NCBI RefSeq assembly: GCF_002256775.1
Contig: NZ_NCII01000014.1
Span: 6,715-70,714, forward strand
DNA: 64,000 bases
Source: Novosphingobium sp. 17-62-19
GTDB taxonomy: Bacteria; Pseudomonadota; Alphaproteobacteria; Sphingomonadales; Sphingomonadaceae
Direction of reading: 5' to 3'
The notes under the pieces are model-generated. The model had not been told where the DNA came from. It searched no databases and was given only the letters and a program-made list of their open reading frames with translations. Of this stretch, positions 34,943 to 44,469 are shown one piece after another. The position numbers were made by a program, and so were the translations under genes. Every line of letters begins with the position of its first letter. Within the stretch, counting starts at the first letter, position 1.

Positions 34943-36439
34943 ATGTCTGAAAATCTTGCCCGTTATCGCCGCGAATGGTTCGGTGATGCTGCTTTCCTGC
35001 GCCGTGAAGTGCTGGCCGGAATCGTCGTCGCGCTTGCGTTGATTCCCGAAGCCATCGGCTTTTCGATCATCGCCGGGGTGGACCCGCGCGTGGGGCTTTA
35101 TGCCTCGGTGGCGATTGCGATGGTGATTGCGTTTGTCGGCGGGCGCCCCGGCATGATTTCTGCCGCGACTGCTGCGGTGGCCGTGCTGGTCACGCCATTG
35201 GTGCGCGAACATGGGGTGGAATACCTGTTTGCCGCAACGATCCTGATGGGTGCGATCCAGGCGGTGGCCGGGCTGTTGCGGCTGGACCTGCTGATGCAGT
35301 TCGTATCGCGCAGCGTCATCACGGGCTTCGTCAACTCGCTGGCGATCCTGATTTTCATGGCGCAATTGCCGCAGCTTACCGGTGTGACATGGCATACTTA
35401 TGCGATGGTCGCAGGCGGGCTGGCGGTGATCTACCTTCTCCCGCGTCTGACTACGGCGGTGCCATCGCCGCTGGTGGCCATCCTGCTGCTGACCGCGATC
35501 AGCCTGTGGCTGGGCCTGCCGGTAAACACCGTGGGCGATATGGGGCAATTGCCGGAAGGGCTGCCCTCGCTGGCACTGCCCAACGTGCCGCTGACGCTGG
35601 AGACGCTGCGGATCATCGCGCCGTTTTCCATAGCGATGGCGGCGGTAGGCCTGCTAGAATCGCTGCTGACCGCGCAGATCGTGGACGACATGACTCACAC
35701 CGAAAGCAGCAAGCGCCGCGAATGCTTCGGGCAGGGCGGGGCCAATTTCGTTTCGGCCATGTTCGGCGGCATGGGCGGTTGCGCGATGATCGGGCAATCG
35801 GTGATCAACGTGACGTCGGGCGGACGCGGGCGGCTATCCACCTTCGTGGCGGGTGCATTCCTCCTGTTCCTGCTCGCCGTGCTGGGGCCGTGGACCGGAC
35901 AAGTGCCGATGCCCGCGCTGGTCGCCGTCATGATCATGGTGTCCATCGGTACGTTCAGCTGGAATTCGATACCCAACTTGCGCCGCCATCCGCCCACATC
36001 CTCGTTCGTGATGCTGGCGACGGTGGTCGTGGTGGTGGGCACGCGCGACTTGTCGCTGGGCGTGTTGGCAGGCGTGCTGCTTTCGGGCATTTTCTTTGCG
36101 GGTAAAGTGCAGCGCATGTTTGCGGTGGAGCGCAATGCCTCCGTCGATGGCACCTCCGCCACCTACAACGTGCGCGGCGAAATCTTCTTCGCCTCGGTCG
36201 ACCGCTTCACCCGCGCGTTCAACGATGAAGACAGCGCACAAAGCGTCACCATCGACGTGTCACGCGCGCACTTCTGGGACATCTCCGCCGTCGGCGCACT
36301 CGACAAGATCGTGGATCGATTGCGCCGCGCGGGCCGCAATGTCGAAGTGATCGGCTACAACGAAGCGAGTGCGGACATTGTTGACCGCTTTGCCCTGCAC
36401 GACAAGACGGGGGTGGAACTGGGCGTTGTGCCGCACTGA
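34943..36439 (+). CDS. SulP-family anion permease with a C-terminal STAS domain
   Basis: [23 protein letters not shown] and multiple TM segments. The C-terminal [11 protein letters not shown]....F......V.ID.S.AHFWD.SAV.ALD resembles STAS. Confidence 0.85.
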   Translation: MSENLARYRREWFGDAAFLRREVLAGIVVALALIPEAIGFSIIAGVDPRVGLYASVAIAMVIAFVGGRPGMISAATAAVAVLVTPLVREHGVEYLFAATILMGAIQAVAGLLRLDLLMQFVSRSVITGFVNSLAILIFMAQLPQLTGVTWHTYAMVAGGLAVIYLLPRLTTAVPSPLVAILLLTAISLWLGLPVNTVGDMGQLPEGLPSLALPNVPLTLETLRIIAPFSIAMAAVGLLESLLTAQIVDDMTHTESSKRRECFGQGGANFVSAMFGGMGGCAMIGQSVINVTSGGRGRLSTFVAGAFLLFLLAVLGPWTGQVPMPALVAVMIMVSIGTFSWNSIPNLRRHPPTSSFVMLATVVVVVGTRDLSLGVLAGVLLSGIFFAGKVQRMFAVERNASVDGTSATYNVRGEIFFASVDRFTRAFNDEDSAQSVTIDVSRAHFWDISAVGALDKIVDRLRRAGRNVEVIGYNEASADIVDRFALHDKTGVELGVVPH

Positions 36440-36448
36440 GGCGCAGGG

Positions 36449-36856
36449 TCAGACCAAGCCCAGTTTCGCCAGATCAGACGCAATCTGCGCGGGCAGCACT
36501 TCACCCGTTTCGCCTTCGCCGAGGTCTGCGGGGGCGTCGGCTTCTTCCAGATAGCGCCAGCCCTGGTGGGCGCGTTTGGGTTTGGGGTGGACTTCGATGA
36601 GTTTGGTGCTGACCACGATGTTGGTGCCGCCGCCTTCGGCTTCTTCGAAGCCGACGATTTCAGAGCGGGCGACAAGCTGGTGTTTGTGAATCCAGTAGAG
36701 CGAGCCGCCGATCATTTCCTCGGCGCGCTTGGGGCGGTTGCGGGTGGTGAGGTAGGCCAGTTTTGCCCCGCCACGGCGGCCCGTTTCGGAGAACCATTCG
36801 TGGATTTCCGCGAGGGATTGGGCTCCGTAGGCGACTTTGGTCATGTTGAGGGGCAT
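36449..36856 (-). CDS. DUF1489 family protein
   Basis: MPLNMTKVAYG..S...I..W...............TRN.P.R..E...GGSLYWI is typical of DUF1489. Trimmed to ATG 36856 because the upstream ORF extension reads through a REP element. Confidence 0.65.
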   Translation of the reverse strand: MPLNMTKVAYGAQSLAEIHEWFSETGRRGGAKLAYLTTRNRPKRAEEMIGGSLYWIHKHQLVARSEIVGFEEAEGGGTNIVVSTKLIEVHPKPKRAHQGWRYLEEADAPADLGEGETGEVLPAQIASDLAKLGLV

Positions 36857-36889
36857 TTTCGATCCTGAAACTCGGGCGTTGCGCCGGGC

Positions 36890-36965
36890 GTCCTTCGACA
36901 GGCTCAGGACGAGCGGGGTGGGGTTGAACTTCGAATTTTCGCTCATGCTGAGCTTGTCGAAGCAC
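36890..36965. repeat. REP-like hairpin element, same family as 29338-29442
   Basis: GTCCTTCGACAGGCTCAGGACGAGCGG ... CGCTCATGCTGAGCTTGTCGAAGCAC. The arms are the reverse complements of blocks X and Y at 29374-29442. Confidence 0.85.
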
Positions 36966-36972
36966 CAGCAGG

Positions 36973-38421
36973 CTAACCCGCCAGCCCGCTCAGGACTGCG
37001 AGGCCAAGGAATGAGAAGAAGCCCATGACATCGGTGGCCATCGTCACGAATACGGCAGAAGAGACAGCCGGGTCCACTTTCAGACGATCAAGCGTGACCG
37101 GGACCATGATTCCGGCGAGGCCCGCCACAAGGTTGTTGATGATCATGGCTGAGCCGATCACCGCGCCGAGCAGCGGGTTGGAGAACAGCAGCGCGGTGGC
37201 GCTGCCGACCAGCAGGCCGAGCGCGGTGCCGTTGGTGGCGGCAATGCGCAGTTCGCGCAGGATCATGCGCACGGTGTTGGAACTGGTCAGTTGGTTGGTG
37301 GCGAGCGCGCGCACGACCACGGCGAGCGTTTGCGTGCCTGCGTTGCCGCCCATGCCGGAGACTATCGGCATCAGTACCGCCAACAGCGCAAACCGCGAAA
37401 TCGCGCCCTGAAACATGCCGACAACCGAAGCTGCGAGCATGGCCGTGCCAAGGTTTACCACCAGCCAGGTGAGGCGGGTGCGGACGGTGAGCAGGATCGG
37501 TTCGTTGATGTCACCATCGCCTGCACCCGACAGGCGAAGGATGTCTTCGCTCGCTTCTTCCTGAATAATGTGGACGATATCGTCCACAGTGATCTGGCCG
37601 ACCAGACGCCCGTTTTCGTCCACCACCGCAGCTGAGATCAGTGCGTATTTCTGGAAGCGCAGGGCGACTTCTTCCTGATCCATCGTGACCGGGATCAGCG
37701 TCTGGTCACGCTTCATCACATCGGCCAGCGGGATATTGCGCGGGGCGCGCAGGATCCATGAAAGGCTGCAGGTGCCGATGGGGTGGTGCTTGGGATCGAC
37801 GATGAACACTTCCCAGAATTCGGTGGGCAGATCATCGTCGCGCCGCATGTAATCAATCAGATCGCCCACGGTCATCGCCTCGGGCACCGCGATCAGATCG
37901 CGGCTCATCAGGCGGCCGGCGGTTTCTTCCGGGTAGGACAGCGCGGATTCGATGGCGGCGCGGTCTTCCGGCTCCATCTCGGCGAGGACGGCCTGCTGGT
38001 CCTCCTCGTCCATATCCTCGATCAGGGCGACGGCGTCATCCGTCTCCATCTGCTCGGCGAGTTCGGCAACCTCTTCGGGTTCCAGTTCCTCGACGAGGTA
38101 TTCGCGCACGTAATCGTTGAGTTCGGCGATGACTTCGCCGCCGAGAAGATCCGAGATCGCACGGGCCAGCGCGACGCGGTCGTCCTTTTCGATCAGTTCG
38201 AAAAGGTCGGCAATATCAGCCGGATGGAGCGGTTCGACGAGGTTGTAGACTTTCTCGTCGTCACCCGCTTCAAGCGCATCGACCACCTTGCGCACGAAGC
38301 CGGGGCGCAGGGTATTGTCTTCTTCGTCGAGGCTTTCAGCATTACGCGCGGGTTCTACCGGCGGGGCGCTTTCGTCCGCGTCGGGGAGCAGGGTGTCGAT
38401 GATGTCGTCGTCGCGCTGCAT
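36973..38421 (-). CDS. mgtE: magnesium transporter MgtE
   Basis: Acidic N-terminal domain, a CBS pair and the C-terminal TM domain MPIVSGMGGNAGTQT...VFVTMATDVMGFF. The start is ATG 38421 or GTG 38439. Confidence 0.9.
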   Translation of the reverse strand: MQRDDDIIDTLLPDADESAPPVEPARNAESLDEEDNTLRPGFVRKVVDALEAGDDEKVYNLVEPLHPADIADLFELIEKDDRVALARAISDLLGGEVIAELNDYVREYLVEELEPEEVAELAEQMETDDAVALIEDMDEEDQQAVLAEMEPEDRAAIESALSYPEETAGRLMSRDLIAVPEAMTVGDLIDYMRRDDDLPTEFWEVFIVDPKHHPIGTCSLSWILRAPRNIPLADVMKRDQTLIPVTMDQEEVALRFQKYALISAAVVDENGRLVGQITVDDIVHIIQEEASEDILRLSGAGDGDINEPILLTVRTRLTWLVVNLGTAMLAASVVGMFQGAISRFALLAVLMPIVSGMGGNAGTQTLAVVVRALATNQLTSSNTVRMILRELRIAATNGTALGLLVGSATALLFSNPLLGAVIGSAMIINNLVAGLAGIMVPVTLDRLKVDPAVSSAVFVTMATDVMGFFSFLGLAVLSGLAG

Positions 38422-38532
38422 AGGGGCGGGGTTACCCACTGGACCGTCAATTGCAACCGCTTGGCAGACCTATGCGTGACTTTATTTCGAGAGGCACTAT
38501 ATCGGCGGCCAGACAACAAGGACTTGCGACCA

Positions 38533-38988
38533 ATGGCTGACGAAAATCTCGTTCTTTCCCTCGATTCCGGCGACGTTGTAATCAAGCTGCGCCCCGATCT
38601 TGCCCCCGGCCACGTGGAGCGGATCAAGGAACTGGCGAATGAAGGCTTCTACAACGGTGTGAAGTTCCACCGCGTGATCCCCGGCTTCATGGCGCAGGGC
38701 GGTTGCCCCGATGGCACTGGCATGGGCGGCTCCAGCAAGCCGGACCTGAAGGCTGAATTCAACGCTGAACCACACGTGCGCGGCGTATGCTCGATGGCGC
38801 GCACTAGCGCGCCGAACTCGGCCAACAGCCAGTTCTTCATCTGCTTCGACGATGCCCGCTTCCTCGATAAGCAGTACACCGTGTGGGGTGTGGTCGAGAG
38901 CGGCATGGAACACGTCGACGCGCTGCCCAAGGGGGAGCCGCCGAAGACGCCGGGCGTGATCAAGGAAGCGAAGATCGTCGCTGCCTGA
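38533..38988 (+). CDS. ppiB: peptidylprolyl isomerase, cyclophilin type
   Basis: FYNGVKFHRVIPGFMAQGGCP.GTGMGG and SMAR....NSANSQFFI. Trimmed to ATG 38533. Confidence 0.9.
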   Translation: MADENLVLSLDSGDVVIKLRPDLAPGHVERIKELANEGFYNGVKFHRVIPGFMAQGGCPDGTGMGGSSKPDLKAEFNAEPHVRGVCSMARTSAPNSANSQFFICFDDARFLDKQYTVWGVVESGMEHVDALPKGEPPKTPGVIKEAKIVAA

Positions 38989-39012
38989 TTGCGATTGAAG
39001 CTTTAGGATTGA

Positions 39013-39048
39013 GGGGCGGGGCCGATGGGCTGCCGCCCCTTTTCTGTT
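39013..39048 (+). terminator. rho-independent terminator after ppiB
   Basis: GGGGCGG (39013-39019) pairs with CCGCCCC (39033-39039), followed by TTTTCTGTT. Confidence 0.6.
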
Positions 39049-39057
39049 GGAGGTGGG

Positions 39058-39357
39058 ATGAACCTGATCGAACATGCGCTGGTTGCACTGGTGATTCAGG
39101 CGATTGTCGGGTTGGCGACGCGCAATTGGTGGGCAGGTGCGGCGCTGGCCTGCGGGTACTTTATCGGGCGTGAGGTTTCGCAGGCGGAATACCGCTGGAT
39201 CGAGCAGTTTGGGCAGGGGCTGCGCGCGAATATGCCGTGGTGGGGCGTGTTTGATGGGCGGGTTTGGGTGAAGGCTGACCAGTGCGCGGACTGGATGGGG
39301 CCGATTGTGGCGACGGGGCCGGTGGCTTTTGTGATGGAGCGGCGGGGGAAGCACTAG
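39058..39357 (+). CDS. hypothetical small membrane protein
   Basis: GGAGG RBS at 39049-39053. 99 aa with 2-3 hydrophobic segments. No recognisable domain. Confidence 0.45.
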   Translation: MNLIEHALVALVIQAIVGLATRNWWAGAALACGYFIGREVSQAEYRWIEQFGQGLRANMPWWGVFDGRVWVKADQCADWMGPIVATGPVAFVMERRGKH

Positions 39358-39492
39358 TCCTCCCCGTTTTTCCGCAGGACAAATGGGGAGGTGGCATTCG
39401 CGGTAGCGAATGACGGAGGGGTTGCTGCCCCTCCACCACCCGCTGCGCGCGCGGTCCCCCTCCCCATTTGCACTTCGTGAAAACGGGGAGGA
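39358..39492. repeat. 135-nt MITE/REP-like element with nested inverted repeats
   Basis: Outer arms TCCTCCCCGTTTT (39358-39370) and AAAACGGGGAGGA (39480-39492). Inner arms CAAATGGGGAGG (39380-39391) and CCTCCCCATTTG (39459-39470). Internal hairpins at 39395-39412 and 39415-39434. Confidence 0.8.
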
Positions 39493-39497
39493 TTTGG

Positions 39498-40826
39498 TTA
39501 GATTGAGAGTCGCCGCACAGCTTCGTCCTGCGCTATCAACGGCAGGAGCGCGGCCATTTCCGGGCCGTGGTCGTGGCCGGTGAGGGCTTGGCGCAGGGGA
39601 AGGAACAGGGCCTTGCCCTTGCGGCTGGTGCTGTCCTTCAGTGCGGTAGTGAGGGTGCGCCACGGGTCTGCCTGCCAATCCAGCGTGGCGGCGATTTGGG
39701 CGGCTTCGGTCAGGAAGGTGCGGGTCTCGTCGTCGAAGGAGGGCGCGGTGACGGGGCCGGTGAGAACTTGCCACCAGCCCTGCGTCTCGTCGATGTGGGC
39801 GACGTTGGGGCGGATGGCTTCCCAGGCGGCCTCGCCCATGCCCTCGGGCAGCAAGTGCGCCACACGGGCATAGGGCAGTCGGTGTACGATCTGAGCGTTG
39901 ACGCGGTGGAGGTCCGCCTCATCAAAGCGGGCAGGTGCGCGGCCGAAGCGGGACAGGTCAAAACTGGCGGCGAGCGCTGCAGAATCGAGCGACGGGTCGA
40001 CCGGATCGGAGGTGCCTAGGCGGGCGAGCAGCGTGACGATGGCTTCGGGTTCGATGCCTTGATCGCGAAAATCGGCCATACCCAGCGCGCCGAGGCGTTT
40101 TGAAAGTTTGCCTTCGCTGCCCGTCAGCAGGGCTTCATGGGCGAAGCGCGGGGGTGTGGCGCCAAGGGCGGTGAACATCTGGATCTGCGTGGCGGTGTTC
40201 GAGACGTGGTCCTCTCCGCGCAGCACATCGGTGATGCCCATGTCTATGTCGTCGATGGCAGAAGGTAGCATGTAGAGCCATGAGCCATCGGCGCGGCGGA
40301 TGACCGGGTCTGACATCTGGCGGGCGTCGAAGTTCTGGGGGCCGCGAATGCCATCGTCCCAGGTGATCGGCTGGGTGTGGTCGAGCAGGAAGCGCCAGTG
40401 CGGCTTCTCGCCTGCAGCGGCCTTGGCGGCGTGGTCGTCCTCGGTCAGGTTCAGCGCGGCGCGATCGTAGATCGGGGGGAGGCCACGGCCCAGCAGCACC
40501 TTGCGCTTCAGGTCAAGTTCCTGCGATGTTTCATAGGCGCGGTAGATGCGGCCCGCTTCGACGAGGCGCTGGAATTCGCGTTCGTAGAGGTCTGTGCGCA
40601 GCGATTGGCGCTCTTCACCATCATGGGTGAGGCCAAGCCATGCAAGGTCGGCACGGATCGCATCGACATACTCTTCGCGGCTGCGTTCGGCGTCAGTATC
40701 GTCGATGCGCAGCAGGAACTTGCCGCCGGTCTTCCTGGCCAGCAGCCAGTTGTGCAGGGCGGTGCGCACGTTGCCGACGTGAAGCTTGCCGGTGGGTGAT
40801 GGCGCGAAGCGGGTTACCGTAGTCAT
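39498..40826 (-). CDS. gltX: glutamate--tRNA ligase
   Basis: RFAPSPTGKLHVGNVRTAL (HIGH region) and GKLSKRLG (KMSKS region). Trimmed to ATG 40826. Confidence 0.9.
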   Translation of the reverse strand: MTTVTRFAPSPTGKLHVGNVRTALHNWLLARKTGGKFLLRIDDTDAERSREEYVDAIRADLAWLGLTHDGEERQSLRTDLYEREFQRLVEAGRIYRAYETSQELDLKRKVLLGRGLPPIYDRAALNLTEDDHAAKAAAGEKPHWRFLLDHTQPITWDDGIRGPQNFDARQMSDPVIRRADGSWLYMLPSAIDDIDMGITDVLRGEDHVSNTATQIQMFTALGATPPRFAHEALLTGSEGKLSKRLGALGMADFRDQGIEPEAIVTLLARLGTSDPVDPSLDSAALAASFDLSRFGRAPARFDEADLHRVNAQIVHRLPYARVAHLLPEGMGEAAWEAIRPNVAHIDETQGWWQVLTGPVTAPSFDDETRTFLTEAAQIAATLDWQADPWRTLTTALKDSTSRKGKALFLPLRQALTGHDHGPEMAALLPLIAQDEAVRRLSI

Positions 40827-40852
40827 TCGCAGCGCCCTACCGCGCCTTCGGT

Positions 40853-41299
40853 TCAAGGGGAAGGGATGAGAGCGACAGCATGGACCGTTGCGTTGTAAAG
40901 CGCATCATGCCGGTCGGCGCGGACGAAGCCAGCGATCGTGTCAGAGAATGCACCGCGATGGGCGGAAAGCGCGGCGCGGCCGAGGGTGGCGAGGGTTACT
41001 TCGTCCGGTGTCATGGACAGGCAGCAGGGCCGGTTGACCAGAAAAGGTTCGGGCCAGACCTGCTTCACTGTCTGGACAAGGCCGTGGACGGCGCAGGCGG
41101 CTTCGATGCTGCGATAGCGCTGGGCAAGATCGGGCACCGGATCACGCCCAGCGGCATCGAACAGGGCGCAAAGGCGCATCGCCATGACCATGTGCAGGCT
41201 CTTGAGTGACAAGCCGCGCACATCGTGCGGGCGGGCCATGCTTTCGACCAGAGCGGAGAAGCGGGTGGAGGATTCGCCGAGCGGCTGGTGAGCGGGCAT
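40853..41299 (-). CDS. hypothetical protein (148 aa)
   Basis: AAGGA RBS precedes ATG 41299. It ends 26 nt upstream of gltX on the same strand. No recognisable motif. Confidence 0.5.
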   Translation of the reverse strand: MPAHQPLGESSTRFSALVESMARPHDVRGLSLKSLHMVMAMRLCALFDAAGRDPVPDLAQRYRSIEAACAVHGLVQTVKQVWPEPFLVNRPCCLSMTPDEVTLATLGRAALSAHRGAFSDTIAGFVRADRHDALYNATVHAVALIPSP

Positions 41300-41312
41300 T
41301 GCACATCCTTTG

Positions 41313-41329
41313 TTGCGAACGATTCGCAA
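41313..41329. promoter_or_regulatory. palindromic operator candidate TTGCGAA-CGA-TTCGCAA
   Basis: Perfect 7-bp inverted repeat with a 3-nt spacer, overlapping the -10/TSS region of the promoter candidate and lying 14 nt upstream of ATG 41299. Confidence 0.45.
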
Positions 41330-41356
41330 GCTAGATGCGGTGCCGCACTCCGTCAA
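41328..41356 (-). promoter_or_regulatory. sigma70-like promoter candidate for the hypothetical-gltX unit
   Basis: On the minus strand: TTGACG (41356-41351), 17-nt spacer, TAGCTT (41333-41328). Confidence 0.35.
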
Positions 41357-41360
41357 TGAG

Positions 41361-41372
41361 AATCGTTCGCAA
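41361..41372. promoter_or_regulatory. second copy of the operator core (AATCGTTCGCAA)
   Basis: A 12-nt exact match to the reverse complement of 41313-41324 (TTGCGAACGATT), just upstream of the -35 candidate. Confidence 0.4.
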
Positions 41373-41377
41373 AAACC

Positions 41378-43045
41378 TCAGCCCGTCCTGAAACTGTGCG
41401 TGATCGGATAGCGGCGGTCGCGGCCATAGTTGCGCGCGCCCAGCTTTACGCCGGGAGGGGCCTGGCGGCGCTTGTATTCGGCCAGATGCAGCAGACGTTC
41501 GATGCGCACGACGGTAGCGCGATCGTGCCCTTCAGCCACAATTTGGTCGACGCTCTTCTCGTTCTCCACCAGCCCCAGCAGGATCGCGTCGAGCACATCG
41601 TATGGCGGGAGCGAATCCGAATCCTTCTGGTCCGGGCGCAGTTCGGCGCTGGGCGGCTTGGTGATGATCCGCTGCGGCATGACCGGGCCGAGCGGACCCA
41701 TGCCGATCTTGGGGCGGTGATGGTTGCGCCATTCGGAAATGGCGAAAACGGTGATCTTGTAGGCGTCTTTCAGCGGGTTGTAGCCGCCGTTCATGTCACC
41801 ATAGATGGTGGCATAGCCGACGCTCATCTCGCTCTTGTTGCCGGTGGTGACGAGCATCGGGCCGAACTTGTTCGACAGCGCCATCAGCGTGACACCGCGA
41901 ATGCGCGACTGGATGTTCTCTTCGGCAAGATCGGGCAGCCTGCCGGTGAAGGCGGGGGCGAGCATTTCCCCGAATGCATCGACGGCGGGGGAAATCGGCA
42001 CAGTATCGAGCTTCACGCCAAGCAGATTGGCGCAGCCTTCTGCGTCCTCAAGGCTTTCTTCGCTTGTATAACGGCTGGGCATCATCACGCACCACACGCG
42101 GTCCGCGCCGAGCGCATCGACGGCGATGGCCGCGCAGATGGCCGAATCGATGCCGCCGGACAGGCCAAGGACGACGCCGGGGAAGCGGTTCTTGTTCACG
42201 TAGTCGCGCAGGGCCATGACCATCGCGCAATAAATATCTTCAGGATGTTCGGCGAGATCGTGGACTTCGCCAGCATCGCACCGCCAACGTGAGCCGGAGC
42301 CGACGGCGGTTTGCGTCCAGACGGTGGTGACGATGGATTCTTCCCAATCGGGCATTTGCACCCACAGCGCGCCTTCAGGGCCGACGACGAAGCTGGCGCC
42401 GTCGAATACCAGTTCATCCTGCCCGCCCACGCGGTTGAGGTAGGCGAGCGGAATGCCGGTATCGATTGCGCGGCGTTTGGCCACGCCATCGATGCGCAGC
42501 ACATCCTTGTCGATTTCGTAGGGGGAACCGTTGATGCAGATGAAGATTTCCGCGCCCAGCTCGGCCAGATGGCGGCATACGTCAGGATGCCAAATATCCT
42601 CGCAGATCGGCAAGCCCAGCATCGCGCCCTTGAACAGCACCGGTTCGGGCAGTGGGCCGGGCATGAAATAGCGTTTTTCGTCGAACGTGCCGTAGTTTGG
42701 CAGCTCGTATTTGAAGCGCGTGGCGGAAATGCGCCCGCCTTCGAGCAGGGCCACGCCATTGTGCAGCGCCCCATCACGCACGAAGACCGAGCCGACGAGC
42801 ATGGCCGGGCCGCCATCGGCCGTAACCTTGGCCAGTTTCTCCAGCTCCACCGCCGCGCGGGCGACCAGCGCGGGCTTCATGATCAGGTCTTCCGGTGGAT
42901 AACCGATCAGTTGCAGTTCAGGATAGACGATCAGGTCCGCATCGCGTGCCTTTTCGCGCACGGCGAGCATTGCGGCTGCATTGGCAGCAAGATCGCCAAC
43001 CGTCTGGTTGAGCTGGGCGAGGGTGATGCGGAGCGTATCGGACAT
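41378..43045 (-). CDS. nadE: NAD+ synthase (glutamine-hydrolysing)
   Basis: N-terminal CN-hydrolase domain (LVVYPEL..., ICEDIWHP) and a C-terminal synthetase domain with the GLSGGIDS P-loop. 555 aa. Confidence 0.92.
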   Translation of the reverse strand: MSDTLRITLAQLNQTVGDLAANAAAMLAVREKARDADLIVYPELQLIGYPPEDLIMKPALVARAAVELEKLAKVTADGGPAMLVGSVFVRDGALHNGVALLEGGRISATRFKYELPNYGTFDEKRYFMPGPLPEPVLFKGAMLGLPICEDIWHPDVCRHLAELGAEIFICINGSPYEIDKDVLRIDGVAKRRAIDTGIPLAYLNRVGGQDELVFDGASFVVGPEGALWVQMPDWEESIVTTVWTQTAVGSGSRWRCDAGEVHDLAEHPEDIYCAMVMALRDYVNKNRFPGVVLGLSGGIDSAICAAIAVDALGADRVWCVMMPSRYTSEESLEDAEGCANLLGVKLDTVPISPAVDAFGEMLAPAFTGRLPDLAEENIQSRIRGVTLMALSNKFGPMLVTTGNKSEMSVGYATIYGDMNGGYNPLKDAYKITVFAISEWRNHHRPKIGMGPLGPVMPQRIITKPPSAELRPDQKDSDSLPPYDVLDAILLGLVENEKSVDQIVAEGHDRATVVRIERLLHLAEYKRRQAPPGVKLGARNYGRDRRYPITHSFRTG

Positions 43046-43148
43046 GATTCAGTCACTAGGCGGCAAAGCAGGTGGCCTGCAAGAGTTGCAAACCTGTCAT
43101 CTTGGGCTAAGGGCCGGGGCGGGGATCGAATCCGAGGGAATCGCACGC

Positions 43149-44084
43149 ATGAAGATCATGGCCGGCAACTCAAACCTGCCGCTCGCCCGCGCCATTTCGT
43201 CTTATCTCGAAATGCCGCTGACCGACGCCAGCGTGCGCCGCTTTGCCGATGAGGAAGTTTTCGTGGAAATCCACGAGAACGTGCGCGGCGAAGACGTTTT
43301 CGTGGTCCAGTCGACCAGCTATCCGGCGAATGACAACCTGATGGAACTGCTGATCTGTATCGATGCGCTGCGCCGCGCATCGGCAAAGCGGATCACGGCA
43401 GTGGTGCCCTATTTCGGCTATGCCCGCCAGGATCGCAAACCGGGGCCGCGCACGCCGATTTCTGCCAAGCTGGTCTGCAACCTGATCACCGAAGCAGGCG
43501 CCGATCGCGTGCTGGCGGTGGACCTGCACGCTGGACAGATTCAGGGCTTCTTCGATATTCCGACCGACAATCTGTTTGCTGCGCCTGTTATGGCGGCGGA
43601 CATCCAGACGCGCTATGGATCGCAGGAACTGATGGTCGTATCGCCCGACGTGGGCGGCGTGGTGCGCGCCCGCGCGCTGGCCAAGCGGCTCAACAATGCT
43701 CCACTGGCGATTGTTGACAAGCGCCGTGACCGTCCCGGCCAGTCCGAAGTCATGAACATCATCGGCGATGTGAAGGGCCGCATGTGCATCCTGATCGACG
43801 ATATCATCGATTCGGGCGGCACGCTGTGCAACGCGGCGCAGGCGCTGATGGATGAAGGCGCAGCCGGCGTTTCGGCCTATATCACCCACGGCGTGCTTTC
43901 GGGTGGTGCAGTGGCGCGTGTGAACAATTCGGCGCTGAAAGAACTGGTGATCACCGATACGATCATGCCGACCGAGGCAACCGCAGTTTCAGACCGCATC
44001 CGCGTGATGACGATTGCGCCGCTGATCGGCGAAGCCGTGCGCAGAATCGCCGATGAAAGCTCGGTTTCGAGCCTGTTCGACTAA
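43149..44084 (+). CDS. prs: ribose-phosphate pyrophosphokinase
   Basis: [30 protein letters not shown] and [14 protein letters not shown]. Trimmed to ATG 43149. Confidence 0.95.
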   Translation: MKIMAGNSNLPLARAISSYLEMPLTDASVRRFADEEVFVEIHENVRGEDVFVVQSTSYPANDNLMELLICIDALRRASAKRITAVVPYFGYARQDRKPGPRTPISAKLVCNLITEAGADRVLAVDLHAGQIQGFFDIPTDNLFAAPVMAADIQTRYGSQELMVVSPDVGGVVRARALAKRLNNAPLAIVDKRRDRPGQSEVMNIIGDVKGRMCILIDDIIDSGGTLCNAAQALMDEGAAGVSAYITHGVLSGGAVARVNNSALKELVITDTIMPTEATAVSDRIRVMTIAPLIGEAVRRIADESSVSSLFD

Positions 44085-44428
44085 GCCTTACTGGCTGATT
44101 TCAACCGTTCCAGCCATGCGCGGGCCTGCTTTGGCTCGCCCACGGCATTGGCTGGCGGTTTCCCGCGCGATGCCATGAACTCTTCGTGGAGCGCGAACGG
44201 CTCCATGAACAGTTGTTCGCGCGCCTCAGCGATTTCGTCGGCCAGTTCGGTGAGGCTTTCGATCACCGGGGCGGTTGCCGCGCGCATGATCTTGTCGGCG
44301 TTGTGATCGAACAGGCCCCACTTGCCTGCGGCGGTCACTTCCAGCGCGGCGACAAGTGCTTCAATGTAGTCCGCTTCCAGTTCGGAGCGGCGCTTGTCGA
44401 GACGTTCGAGACGATCAGCTCTTGCCAT
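44081..44428 (-). CDS. hypothetical protein (115 aa, helical, acidic)
   Basis: Clean ORF in an otherwise unassigned slot. No recognisable motif. Confidence 0.45.
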   Translation of the reverse strand: MARADRLERLDKRRSELEADYIEALVAALEVTAAGKWGLFDHNADKIMRAATAPVIESLTELADEIAEAREQLFMEPFALHEEFMASRGKPPANAVGEPKQARAWLERLKSASKA

Positions 44429-44469
44429 CCACGCGGCCTAGGCTGGCCACGACGAACAGGCAACTGCCA

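Noticed and set aside
38497-39774. 425-aa ORF on the minus strand spanning ppiB, the small membrane gene, the MITE-like element and part of gltX
   Set aside because: Its Arg/Pro/Ala/His-rich low-complexity translation is typical of antisense or out-of-frame ORFs in high-GC DNA. It overlaps well-supported genes and reads through a repeat element.
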